From the IMG/VR virus record IMGVR_UViG_3300017743_000014, positions 1-51,907 of that record: a stretch of DNA of 51,907 nt; one strand, written 5' to 3'. This document shows, piece by piece, positions 36,833 through 45,838 of this stretch. A program made the position numbers and the translations under genes. The stretch's first letter is position 1. Every line of letters starts with the position of its first letter. Source of the DNA: a virus. Taxonomy: Duplodnaviria; Caudoviricetes. The notes under the pieces were generated by a model. The model ran no database searches. It worked only from the letters and a program-made list of their open reading frames with translations, and was not told the origin of the DNA.

Positions 36833-37122
36833 TAGCTCATAATCTTTGGACCGCCATGACCAAGCATCTCATCCATTATACCAGCCATGTCGCCACCTTT
36901 TACTTTAATGACTTTGACTTTCATGCCATCGTCATGCATCTCATCCATCTCTTCGTCCTCAGACTCTGCACCAACGCCATATTCCATCTGCTGGCAAAGC
37001 AGCAAAAAGTTTACGAGCTGATCGTCCGAGAGCTCCAAGCCTTCCGAGTCATGAGCAAAGCCCATCTTCTCCATGAAGAGCTCTGCATTATTTTCCATGT
37101 TGTCTACTTCTACTTCAGCCAT
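36832..37122 (-). CDS. Acidic hypothetical protein
   Basis: AAGGAG RBS. Confidence 0.65.
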   Translation of the reverse strand: MAEVEVDNMENNAELFMEKMGFAHDSEGLELSDDQLVNFLLLCQQMEYGVGAESEDEEMDEMHDDGMKVKVIKVKGGDMAGIMDEMLGHGGPKIMS

Positions 37123-37123
37123 T

Positions 37124-38905
37124 TTAGTTCTCCTTTATAAATAAGCCAGTGACAAAAAACTGGGTTGTGCGTGCATAATATTTGATGCCCAGCATCAAGC
37201 CTTTTTTAACGCCACGACCATAGGCGACAAAGTCTTTGAATTCTTGATAGTGCTCACGAGCCTTGCCCTGATCAATACAACGTTGACCTGCAGCTCTGTA
37301 GCCTCTGCGAAATGCTTCGCCATACCACTTGCCGTGATATGTTTTTTGACACCACAACTCAGCTTTGGCTTTTTCCATTGGGGTGAAACCACCTGTCATT
37401 ATTCCATGAGTTGCGATCACACAACCACCGCCACCATTGCTGTCAGAATCATTGTTATCGTTTGATGAAGAAGTCGTGCCATCTTTGTCATTGGCTGTTG
37501 CTGCAATATTTGAAGATGAAGAGCTTGTGCTGTATTCTCCTGCGGCAGTTGGCGAAACACCTGAGCCTGATGAGATTCCTGAGCCTGTGCTAGTGCCACT
37601 TCCTGATTGGTCGTTGTTGTTGTTATCATCACTGCTAGCATCATTCGCAAACATTCCTGAGCTGGCAACTTCAAATGTTCCTGCTGGCCTTGGATCATCT
37701 TTAGCCTTTTGCATACCACTTGTTATGGCATCCATAATGCTTTGGCTGGTCAGATCTTCAGTAGGTTTTGATTCTGGCTCTGGTTCTGGCTCTGAGCTCA
37801 TGAAATCACTGAAGAAATTTCCTACAGATGAAAAAATATTGCCTGTTGTTTCAGTTTTATCTGGAAGTGCACCGAAGTTTGTGAATGTTCCGCCAGATGT
37901 TACAGGCTTTGATCCATCACCACTTGTGACTGCCTTGCCTGAACTGTCTGTGACAACTGAACCACCTACGAATGCTGAGCCACCTGAATCTTTCTGTTGT
38001 TGAATGTAATCAAGCATCTGCTGATTTGATACTGTTTTGTTTTCTTGAATGTCTTGGTAGGCTTGTGCTCCTGAGGACGTAGGATCAGAGAAAGCCTTAA
38101 CCTCATCAGCAGTAATAGTTCCATCATTGTTTAAGTCTGCTTGAGATGGCATCATATCAGTGTTGCCTGAAACAACTGTTCCGAAACCAAATAATCCAGG
38201 ACTCAAGCCAATTGGTGTTGTGGTTCCAGGAAGAGATCCAGGAGCATAAAAATCATAGCCTTCTGTGCCAGACTGAGTCTCGCCATAAATATTCTCAAGG
38301 TTGTTAAGTGACAACTGCCCAACAGCTCCGATGAGTCCACCACCACCTGTGTTGAATGGCGTTCCCCAAGAAGTTTCAACCATTGTAGGGTTGACGAGAG
38401 TTGATACCAAACCGAGTCCAGGAACAACATTGAATGTTGAATCAAGAGCTGTGTTTACTGCTAAATTAGGTACATTGACATCTCCGACTCCAGGAACAGA
38501 AAGATTTAGATTGCCAATATTATCTTGAACGAGGTTGGTGAGTGCACCATATTGCGTTTGGTTTAAATTAGGATTAAATGTTCCTGATGGACCAATCGCC
38601 CCACCAACAACAGGAACATTTGCATTGTCAGCCCCATCGCTTATAATATTTGTAATATCTTCTATGGGATTTGAAATGCCGTCGTCTGTTTCATCGTCAA
38701 GAGAAAATAGAGGATTAAATCCTGCCAGTGTGGCTCCTTGAAATCCACCTTTTCCAAATATGGGGGCATTCTGCCCTGCCAATGAAGCTCTGTATGCAGC
38801 TTCAGCTGCAGAGCCTGAACCTAGGATCGCACCTATCGACCCATCTTCTTCTTGATTTGTTAAACTTAAAAGTTGATCGGATGGTACGACTCCTGGAATT
38901 GCCAT
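37124..38905 (-). CDS. Low-complexity Gly/Ser/Asn-rich protein with CFI-box-like C-terminal domain
   Basis: Long disordered S/N/D linker followed by GGGGCVIATH...GEAFRRGY. Confidence 0.65.
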   Translation of the reverse strand: MAIPGVVPSDQLLSLTNQEEDGSIGAILGSGSAAEAAYRASLAGQNAPIFGKGGFQGATLAGFNPLFSLDDETDDGISNPIEDITNIISDGADNANVPVVGGAIGPSGTFNPNLNQTQYGALTNLVQDNIGNLNLSVPGVGDVNVPNLAVNTALDSTFNVVPGLGLVSTLVNPTMVETSWGTPFNTGGGGLIGAVGQLSLNNLENIYGETQSGTEGYDFYAPGSLPGTTTPIGLSPGLFGFGTVVSGNTDMMPSQADLNNDGTITADEVKAFSDPTSSGAQAYQDIQENKTVSNQQMLDYIQQQKDSGGSAFVGGSVVTDSSGKAVTSGDGSKPVTSGGTFTNFGALPDKTETTGNIFSSVGNFFSDFMSSEPEPEPESKPTEDLTSQSIMDAITSGMQKAKDDPRPAGTFEVASSGMFANDASSDDNNNNDQSGSGTSTGSGISSGSGVSPTAAGEYSTSSSSSNIAATANDKDGTTSSSNDNNDSDSNGGGGCVIATHGIMTGGFTPMEKAKAELWCQKTYHGKWYGEAFRRGYRAAGQRCIDQGKAREHYQEFKDFVAYGRGVKKGLMLGIKYYARTTQFFVTGLFIKEN

Positions 38906-39378
38906 TATTTTGCTCCTCTTGCCATCATCCTTTGCATGTCCATATCAGACATTGAGCCAGTCGGTGGAGGTGACTGAGGTGGCATTGACTTCATAACAGC
39001 ATCCAAAGCACCCATATCTGCATCACTCACAGCACCACCCATCCGTTCACGGATCTGACGAGCTTTTTCTTGAATGTAACGCATCATGCTTTCTTCATTT
39101 TGGAAATCAGGAGCTGGCATGTCACCAGACGGCATTTGTGACCTCATCATTGCTGCTTCTTGATCACTCATTGGTGGTCGCGATGCCATCGGATTCGGCA
39201 TCGGTGAAGCAGGCATTGAACTTCTCATCATTGCTGCTTCTTGATCACTCATTGCACCCATTAGAGGTGGAGCCATTCCTGCTTCAATCCCGCTGAATGC
39301 TCCTGGATTTACTGGCCTCATAGCCGAAAGTTGATTGGCTCCCATCATAAGAGCCATTTCTGTATCAGACATTGCCAT
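38905..39378 (-). CDS. Met/Pro-rich repeat protein
   Basis: Five (M/V)SDx(E/D) repeats including 2x MSDQEAAMMRS. Confidence 0.65.
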   Translation of the reverse strand: MAMSDTEMALMMGANQLSAMRPVNPGAFSGIEAGMAPPLMGAMSDQEAAMMRSSMPASPMPNPMASRPPMSDQEAAMMRSQMPSGDMPAPDFQNEESMMRYIQEKARQIRERMGGAVSDADMGALDAVMKSMPPQSPPPTGSMSDMDMQRMMARGAK

Positions 39379-41827
39379 TTTTCATTGCCTCCATTTGCAT
39401 CTTCGCTGCATTCTTTTCACGTTCAAGTTGCAGGTCTGCTTCAAGTTTTAATACTTTTGCCTCTAGATCTGCTTTAACTTTTGCTTGATTAATTTCCAGA
39501 TCCTGTTTAGCTTTCGCTTGATCGATAGCAATATCAGATTGAGCTCTAGCTTGGTCAGCTGCAATCTCAGATTGAGTTCTTTGCTGTAGTGCTTGAGCTT
39601 CGAGTTGAGCCAGTTGTTGAGCATATTGAAGAGGATTGCCTTTCTGTCCTTGTTGCTGCATCGCTTGAAGTGCACGTATCGGTGCCATCTGAGGTGCCTG
39701 CTGGACGACTTGGGCAGCTCTTTGCGATATCAACATATCCATTTGTGGGTCAATGTCATCGAACTTAAATTTAGGATCACGCAAGTTTGGCAAGTTCGGA
39801 AGTGGTACGCCAATGCTTGACTCCATGCGCTGACGATACAACAATGCAATATGTTCAGCAACGTGCGCAATCAGAATAGGTTGCATCGCCTTGGCTGCTG
39901 GGTTGCCTGCGAGTGATGGGTCTTGCATAAACTGGAGGTGAACTGCGATATGAGATTCATGCTCTTGCTCTGGAAATGCTTTGATTGGCTTGCCATACAT
40001 CACCGACATATTCTCATCGATCGGGTCAGTGCGGGGTGCCTCGTCTGGCTCTTTCAGAATCTCATCAATATTAGGGATGCGGATCGCTTCATACATACGT
40101 TTGTATGCCGCATATAAATCGTGCAGCTGGGGGGCTGAACGAGCCATTTCAAGAATGGCTTGAGCTTGTGCGATCCGCTGTGCAGTGCTGAAAATGTTTG
40201 GGTCTGATACGGGGAGGATGTCGACCCTATCATTAAAGTCAGCTGCAAAAATTGTTTGTGTTCTGCCTGATATTGCGAACTCAAAGGACTCAGGAAGGTT
40301 GTCAGCATTGACTTGAGAAAGCAATCTGAACTCTTGACCTTGTGAGTTGTGCAGGCGTTTGTGAATTGCTGAAAAGGCTTTTGAGCCTTGTTCAATCAGA
40401 GCCACAGTTGATCCGACTGGTGCATTGGGGTTGACATCGCCGACATTCATGTCTGCTGTTGATGCGAACCTTTGGCCAGACTCAACAATAAAGCCCATGA
40501 GCTGAAACAAAGTACCACTCGGCTCTTTGAACGGCAATGGCATGATTGCTTTATTGACATCATCAACTGTTGCGTCTAGGTCAACGAACTCTCCAGGATT
40601 GACATCGATCTCGCCACCGCTGACTCTGCCTTTAAGTTTGAAGCCACCTTGCATGTTTGCGAATGCAGCTGAATCAAGCAGAGCTCTGAGTGCTCCTGTT
40701 GCTGCCTTGCCTAAACCACCGATCATGTGATAAAGGCCAAAGCCATAAAAACCAACCCCAGGAAGGAACTTATAACTCACAAACCAATTTCTGCGCTCTT
40801 TACGACTGTCGTCTTCACGCCAGTTCCTGCGAATTGATACAATTTTCTCTGAATCATAATCAATAGTTATGACATACGGCAACGCCACAAGGCTTTCTTC
40901 CTCTTGGTTTTCAATGCCGTCCATGCCTTCAAAAGCCTGATAAACATGCATCTCAAGCAAGGTCATAACTTCATCTTGCTCGTCGTCTGCGTATGCATTT
41001 ACGCCTTCAATTTCAGATGTGATATCACCAGATGGGTCTATTCCATCACCTGAATATTTACTTGGTAAATACCAACCTGCCTGAACATAACGATTGTAAT
41101 CGTTTTTTGGCAAACGTATGACTTGGGTGTATCTTGGCGAAGTAAAAAGATCTGTGCTCTCTGGCGCAACAATGAAGTCTTCAGCCTTTACAAACTTCGA
41201 GCATTGACGCTCAAGATTTGCATCCCACCAGACCTTTTTAAAAGTTTGACCAACAAGAGGAAGTTGAAAGAGCATCTGATCAAGATCAGGAAAATATTCT
41301 GGCATCTGCTCAGTGATTTGGTAATTCATGAAGTCTCTGACACGAGCTGCTTGAGCTTCAGTGTCTTCATTCGGCTCACCAACGATTGTGGTCTTTACTG
41401 GTCCACCAGCTGGATAAAGTTCTGAGATTGCTTTAGCGTTAAACTGGGTTGCTGCTTCAGCTATGAGAGGATGAACAACTGTACTCAAGCCACGGCTGGC
41501 TCTTTCCTCTTCAGACTCCTCAAGCCCACCATCTGGGTCAAGTGTTCGCAAGCCATTTTTGTATCGCTCTTCCCATTCAGATCTTGCTGCGCTATCTGAC
41601 TCGTAAGATTTAATGAGAGTTGAAGCACGACGACCAAGCTCTTCTTCAGAGATTAATTCAGCAATGTTTGAATCAAAGTCTGTGCCGACCTCTTCAACAA
41701 AATCTAATTCAGGGTCACCTATGAGAACTTCATTATCGCCAAAAGCCTCAACTTGAAGCTCGTCTGATGGCGCACCCTCCGCAAACGGGATTGTGTCTGG
41801 GTTTAGTGGGATTGGTTCTCTAGCCAT
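39365..41827 (-). CDS. Portal protein (P22-like, long C-terminal coiled coil)
   Basis: Follows TerL. HPLI.EA..QF.A, V.DFMNYQ, GFYGFGL, GQRFAS.AD, SAIHKRLH. Confidence 0.9.
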   Translation of the reverse strand: MAREPIPLNPDTIPFAEGAPSDELQVEAFGDNEVLIGDPELDFVEEVGTDFDSNIAELISEEELGRRASTLIKSYESDSAARSEWEERYKNGLRTLDPDGGLEESEEERASRGLSTVVHPLIAEAATQFNAKAISELYPAGGPVKTTIVGEPNEDTEAQAARVRDFMNYQITEQMPEYFPDLDQMLFQLPLVGQTFKKVWWDANLERQCSKFVKAEDFIVAPESTDLFTSPRYTQVIRLPKNDYNRYVQAGWYLPSKYSGDGIDPSGDITSEIEGVNAYADDEQDEVMTLLEMHVYQAFEGMDGIENQEEESLVALPYVITIDYDSEKIVSIRRNWREDDSRKERRNWFVSYKFLPGVGFYGFGLYHMIGGLGKAATGALRALLDSAAFANMQGGFKLKGRVSGGEIDVNPGEFVDLDATVDDVNKAIMPLPFKEPSGTLFQLMGFIVESGQRFASTADMNVGDVNPNAPVGSTVALIEQGSKAFSAIHKRLHNSQGQEFRLLSQVNADNLPESFEFAISGRTQTIFAADFNDRVDILPVSDPNIFSTAQRIAQAQAILEMARSAPQLHDLYAAYKRMYEAIRIPNIDEILKEPDEAPRTDPIDENMSVMYGKPIKAFPEQEHESHIAVHLQFMQDPSLAGNPAAKAMQPILIAHVAEHIALLYRQRMESSIGVPLPNLPNLRDPKFKFDDIDPQMDMLISQRAAQVVQQAPQMAPIRALQAMQQQGQKGNPLQYAQQLAQLEAQALQQRTQSEIAADQARAQSDIAIDQAKAKQDLEINQAKVKADLEAKVLKLEADLQLEREKNAAKMQMEAMKNGNV

Positions 41828-43325
41828 ATAATGTCACCCTTTGTCTTGGTGCTTCATCATCATCTTCAAAATCTTCAGAATGCGAAACAAACCACCCTTT
41901 TCTAAGCCTCAACCAAGCTTGTGTGCATGTGTCAACTATATCGTCATTATCACCAGCTGGAAAGGCTGCACAAATATCTATTAAATTTTTAGCCCATTTT
42001 TTGTCAGAAGGAAAGTAAATTCTGCCATCTTCCAAAAGAGCAGAACTTGCATGAGCACGAGCTTCCTTGTCTCTGTCAGGCATATACTCAATTACTGGGA
42101 TTCCTGCAATGCGAAGATCTTGCAACAAACTTTGACCAGAAGCCTTCTTTTCAATCATAACTGCATCAGGTTCAAAATCATAATATGCTTCTTGAGCTAT
42201 TCTTCTCAGCTCTGGGTAAGTTACTCTGTCATACCACATATCAATAACAATAGCATTCATTTGACCATGTTGACGGAAAACACCCCATGTTGTTCTTGCT
42301 GAATACGAGCTTTTCTCTTTTGTGCTGAAAGCAGTGTCCCAAGATTGAATGACATATTCTATTTCGGGCAGATCATCACCCTCCCATGGAACCCACCATT
42401 CAGCTCGCAAGATTCCCCCACCTTTCGGCATCGGACGTTGCTGCAGTTGTCCTGCTGAGGCATATGTACCCAGTGACCGCTCGAGTTTTGTGAGTGTGAT
42501 GTCATCAATTCTCTTTGGCCAGAGGAGATCTCCCTCTGCTGTTCTCGGGTCTGTGAAACCGAGAGATGTCTGGGTTGGTGTTGGATGCCCGATCTCATAT
42601 CGAGCAGGTAAGCATAAATGATCCCAATCGTCATGTTCGTTCGCCAATATGTGTCCTGTTAAATCATTTTCGTGAACTCTCTGCATAATTATAATGAATG
42701 CACCTGTCTTTGGGTCATTGAGTCGGGATTGCATGGCTTGATCCCACCACTCAAGAACACCTACCCGCACTGCGGAAGATTCTGCTTCACGAACATTGTG
42801 CGGATCGTCAATTACAATGATGTCTCCACCTTCACCAGTCAAAGCACCATCAACCGAAGTGGCTATCCTTTGGCCAGTCTTGTCATTCTCAAAACGTTGT
42901 TTCTGGTTCTGGTCACCTGTTAGGCTGAATGTTTCCCCAAAGTGATCTTTGTACCATGGGCTATCAATCAGGCGTCTGCATTTTACCGAATCTCTGACGG
43001 AAAGTGATGCTGCGTATGACGCAAACAAGAATCTCTTTTGCGGCTGGATGGTCCAAGTCCAAGCAGGCAAAGCCACTGCCACCGATATTGACTTCATGTG
43101 CCTCGGTGGTATGTTGATGATCAATCTCTTTATGTCACCTTCAACAACTGCTTGCAAATGTTCGCTGATAGCGTCAATGTGCCAGTTGTCGTGAAACTCT
43201 CGTCCTGGTTCAATCGTTGGCCAAGAGCTCTTGGTAAACTCCTTCAGAGATCTCCTCATCTTCTCCGCTCTCACTTCCTTCAATGACAGCGTGTTCAAGA
43301 ACTCGTTCAATTGTGGTGAGGTCAT
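41820..43325 (-). CDS. terL: Terminase large subunit
   Basis: NIPPRHMKS Walker A, IIVIDDPH Walker B, MQRVH..DL, SWDTA, IEKKASG, DDIVD. Confidence 0.95.
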   Translation of the reverse strand: MTSPQLNEFLNTLSLKEVRAEKMRRSLKEFTKSSWPTIEPGREFHDNWHIDAISEHLQAVVEGDIKRLIINIPPRHMKSISVAVALPAWTWTIQPQKRFLFASYAASLSVRDSVKCRRLIDSPWYKDHFGETFSLTGDQNQKQRFENDKTGQRIATSVDGALTGEGGDIIVIDDPHNVREAESSAVRVGVLEWWDQAMQSRLNDPKTGAFIIIMQRVHENDLTGHILANEHDDWDHLCLPARYEIGHPTPTQTSLGFTDPRTAEGDLLWPKRIDDITLTKLERSLGTYASAGQLQQRPMPKGGGILRAEWWVPWEGDDLPEIEYVIQSWDTAFSTKEKSSYSARTTWGVFRQHGQMNAIVIDMWYDRVTYPELRRIAQEAYYDFEPDAVMIEKKASGQSLLQDLRIAGIPVIEYMPDRDKEARAHASSALLEDGRIYFPSDKKWAKNLIDICAAFPAGDNDDIVDTCTQAWLRLRKGWFVSHSEDFEDDDEAPRQRVTLYG

Positions 43326-43773
43326 TATCGCTCAATCTGCTGATATCCAGCACCTTTCTCTCTTCAATCTGTGCTTTTATTTCTACTGCCTTTAGGTCTG
43401 GGACGCACTTGCCCAAAAGTGTCTTGGCAGCCATTACACGCAATTCAGGATCAGCTGCAACCTTTCCTGCTTCTGTGGCCAATCCTTCAGAGTCTTTTAT
43501 ATAAACTGGGAACATCTCTTTGCCCTGCATGACGCCAGCAAGAAAACCAACAGGATCTGCTTGTCCCATGATCCAATTGATTGTTGCGTGATGATTCCAT
43601 TTGTATGGTTTTTGCCGAGCCTTCTTTTGGTTCTTCATTGGCTCAACTGATTTAAAACGACCATCCCATGTCTCTGGCCGGACTGGTGGTCCATCCTTAA
43701 CAGGACGCTTTATTATCGTCTCAGGTTCTCTAGGCTTCCTTGGACGACCTAGTTTCTTCTTCTCTTCTGACAT
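43210..43773 (-). CDS. terS: Terminase small subunit (putative)
   Basis: Directly upstream of and overlapping terL. GRP.K, LR..AAK.L..K..PDLKAVE, DIS.LSD.DL. Confidence 0.65.
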   Translation of the reverse strand: MSEEKKKLGRPRKPREPETIIKRPVKDGPPVRPETWDGRFKSVEPMKNQKKARQKPYKWNHHATINWIMGQADPVGFLAGVMQGKEMFPVYIKDSEGLATEAGKVAADPELRVMAAKTLLGKCVPDLKAVEIKAQIEERKVLDISRLSDNDLTTIERVLEHAVIEGSESGEDEEISEGVYQELLAND

Positions 43774-43846
43774 ATTTACAGCCTTTCAACCTTGGTTTCT
43801 GTGGTCAACAGTAAAACTAACTGTCATGAGTATTACTTATTTTTAC

Positions 43847-43877
43847 CAAAAAGAAAAGCCCAGACGAATCTGGGCTT
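43847..43877 (-). terminator. Rho-independent terminator ending the leftward early unit
   Basis: AAGCCCAGA-TTCG-TCTGGGCTT followed by TTCTTTTG on the - strand. Confidence 0.85.
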
Positions 43878-43948
43878 AAAGTTTAAGGGATAAAACATGC
43901 ATGAAATTGCTGCTTACTTTTTTATGATCGCTCGCATTGGTCAAAGAA

Positions 43949-44362
43949 TCAAGTTTTATTTTTCTCATCATCATCATTAGCTGGCATGAAAGGCCAATGA
44001 CCTTTTGGATCAACTGGTTCTTTGGCGTAACATTCGTTGCAATACCATTGGCCTTCAGAATAAACTGCCAAGAATAATTCACCAACTGATTGAGGTGCAC
44101 CACCACATCCCCTGCAAAGATCACCATGCCAAGTATACCAATAATGACTGCCCATGTTTTCAGTACCGATGTAATCAGTGAAGCCATGAAGAATCATTGT
44201 TCTTGTTTTTGAGTTGTGCTCAAGTTCTTTACGGATCTTTGAAAACCTTTTGAAGTCTTTCTTTAACTCAGCATGAGTTTTGTTACAGCAGATGCACCTG
44301 TTCTGGTGCACCTTTTTACCGTCAATAATTTTGAACCATTCACCTTTGTGATTATTTATCAT
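43949..44362 (-). CDS. Cys-rich (Zn-binding) hypothetical protein
   Basis: CICC, CRGC, CNEC. GGAGG RBS before ATG 44362. Confidence 0.6.
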   Translation of the reverse strand: MINNHKGEWFKIIDGKKVHQNRCICCNKTHAELKKDFKRFSKIRKELEHNSKTRTMILHGFTDYIGTENMGSHYWYTWHGDLCRGCGGAPQSVGELFLAVYSEGQWYCNECYAKEPVDPKGHWPFMPANDDDEKNKT

Positions 44363-44534
44363 AGTCAAACACCTCCATAAACTGTTCAACAGTCACACAA
44401 GAGCTGTAATCATTCCACAACTCTTTTTCCCAAGTCTGACAATTCATCATCATATTAATGACAACAAACACAACAGCGAAAGAGATGAACACAGTCATGA
44501 ACATCCCAATTATAAATTCAATCAACCTTATCAT
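44352..44534 (-). CDS. Small membrane protein
   Basis: N-terminal TM segment, ATGA coupling. Confidence 0.6.
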   Translation of the reverse strand: MIRLIEFIIGMFMTVFISFAVVFVVINMMMNCQTWEKELWNDYSSCVTVEQFMEVFDYDK

Positions 44535-44719
44535 TTTGACCACCCCCCAATAGTTGAGTAGCCGAGCATGTAGCTCAAACGACCATTGGCTGAAAATCCC
44601 TCAACACAAGTGTCAAACCCAGTTGCCTCTGCAGCCTTTTTGGCTTCATTGAGGTCACGGAACACTTTGTCTTCAACTGAGGAGTGCGGGATGTTAACAA
44701 GACGCAACTTATAAATCAT
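44531..44719 (-). CDS. Hypothetical early protein
   Basis: GAGAAAGGA RBS. Confidence 0.6.
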   Translation of the reverse strand: MIYKLRLVNIPHSSVEDKVFRDLNEAKKAAEATGFDTCVEGFSANGRLSYMLGYSTIGGWSK

Positions 44720-44735
44720 GATGATTTCCTTTCTC

Positions 44736-44767
44736 AAAAAGAGAGGGTGAGGCCAATCCCCACCCCC
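44736..44767 (-). terminator. Terminator-like hairpin whose U tract abuts the next RBS
   Basis: GGGGGTGGGG-ATTGG-CCTCACCCTC-TCTTTTT then GAGAAAGGA. Confidence 0.55.
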
Positions 44768-44776
44768 AATGTTACC

Positions 44777-45301
44777 TTAAAAATTGTAGTCGTAAAACTT
44801 TCTTGGCTGAGTTGACAGGACGTGCTTGCCCATGGCTGACTTCCAACCTCTTTTGCCCAAGCGAACTTTTACCACCTGACCATCAGGGCAAGATGTGTAA
44901 CCATAAGTCTGCTTGTTCTGGTTGGTGCAATGACCAGCAAACCCTCCAGGAATAACCTCAGGCTTGAATCCTTCATCAAGATCAGCCTTCATTGCCCTGA
45001 CTTCAATGGTCTTGGGAGAGACAACACGGATGATCTCAAATGGATAAACGTCTGACCAGCCATGCATGTTTGCATATTTGTACTCAATCGCTTCAACCTC
45101 ATACTGGTATTCACGAGAGTAGTTGCCCATCTCTTTGAAAGTTGGCAAAGTAGCCATGTGCTCTTCAGCTTCTTCACGAGTTGAAAAAACCAAGTCAGTG
45201 CCACCCATTTGACGAACAAACTCAGTTTGCATGTCGGAGTGGGCATTTGTGCCCTTGGCGAAGATGATGTAGTCAGAACGAATTTTGTAAACTGTAAGCA
45301 T
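44777..45301 (-). CDS. Hypothetical early protein
   Basis: First gene after promoter cassette copy 3. SDVYPFEI.RV...KTIEVR, RK.YDYNF. Confidence 0.7.
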   Translation of the reverse strand: MLTVYKIRSDYIIFAKGTNAHSDMQTEFVRQMGGTDLVFSTREEAEEHMATLPTFKEMGNYSREYQYEVEAIEYKYANMHGWSDVYPFEIIRVVSPKTIEVRAMKADLDEGFKPEVIPGGFAGHCTNQNKQTYGYTSCPDGQVVKVRLGKRGWKSAMGKHVLSTQPRKFYDYNF

Positions 45302-45308
45302 GATGTTT

Positions 45309-45406
45309 TCCTTTCTCAGTAACTCTTTACTCTTTTAGTATCGCTGATTCTTTCACAAAAAGCAACAAAGAAAGTTATTTTTATAATCAGGCAAAACAAA
45401 GACTTG
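45309..45406 (-). promoter_or_regulatory. Early promoter cassette copy 3 (leftward)
   Basis: On the - strand: CAAGTCTTTGTTT, ACTTTCTTTG, TTGCTT-N17-GATACT, GAGTAAAGAGTTACTGAGAAAGGA. Confidence 0.75.
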
Positions 45407-45689
45407 CAATATTTTACGAAAAAAGTTCCCAGACTCTGGGTTGCCGTTTCCCTTACTTTTTAGGTTTGGGTCGCCTTTCAGTACGTTGCAAACGAAAGGT
45501 TTTTTAACTTCCGAAACCGACGAAACCACAAAATTGGAGATTTTAAACAAAAGTTTTTTCACCCAAAATATTCCCTTATAGTAAAGAGCCCAAGGACGGG
45601 TACAAAAACAAACAAAGCTGAAAAGACTGGGATCTTTGGTTTCGCTATTGTTTTATTTGAGTAAGACTGGGTTCTTTGAAAAAATCTTC

Positions 45690-45718
45690 TTTTCATTTGA
45701 ATTTTTTTCAGGCATAGT
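45690..45718 (+). promoter_or_regulatory. Candidate rightward sigma70 promoter for the replication operon
   Basis: TTTTCA-N17-CATAGT (same -10 as cassette copy 4). Confidence 0.4.
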
Positions 45719-45722
45719 AAAT

Positions 45723-45816
45723 TTGTGATCGCTGTGGTGAACCCACTTGCGCGAACCCTCTAATGTACGCATGATGGGGGTCAATCCTACAGTCTTAGTA
45801 AACCATGGGATCACAA
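45723..45816 (+). ncRNA. Candidate structured 5' leader RNA
   Basis: Closing helix TTGTGATC(G)CTGTGGT / ACCATGGGATCACAA. Inner hairpin ACCCTC..ATG-TACG-CAT..GGGGGT. Confidence 0.4.
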
Positions 45817-45838
45817 CAATTGAGAAAGGAAACAACCT

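Noticed and set aside
12663-43879. Numerous + strand ORFs antisense to the late operon (e.g. 12945-13460, 37437-38003)
   Set aside because: Shadow frames of long - strand genes, with no RBS or recognisable motifs.
45723-45816. tRNA, hammerhead/hairpin/twister ribozyme or SAM/c-di-GMP riboswitch
   Set aside because: No T-loop GTTCRA or cloverleaf, and none of the catalytic or aptamer consensus cores. Kept only as an unknown structure.
45353-45835. ORFs 45353-45562 and 45653-45835 (-)
   Set aside because: They overlap promoter and repeat elements, lack an RBS and have atypical composition.
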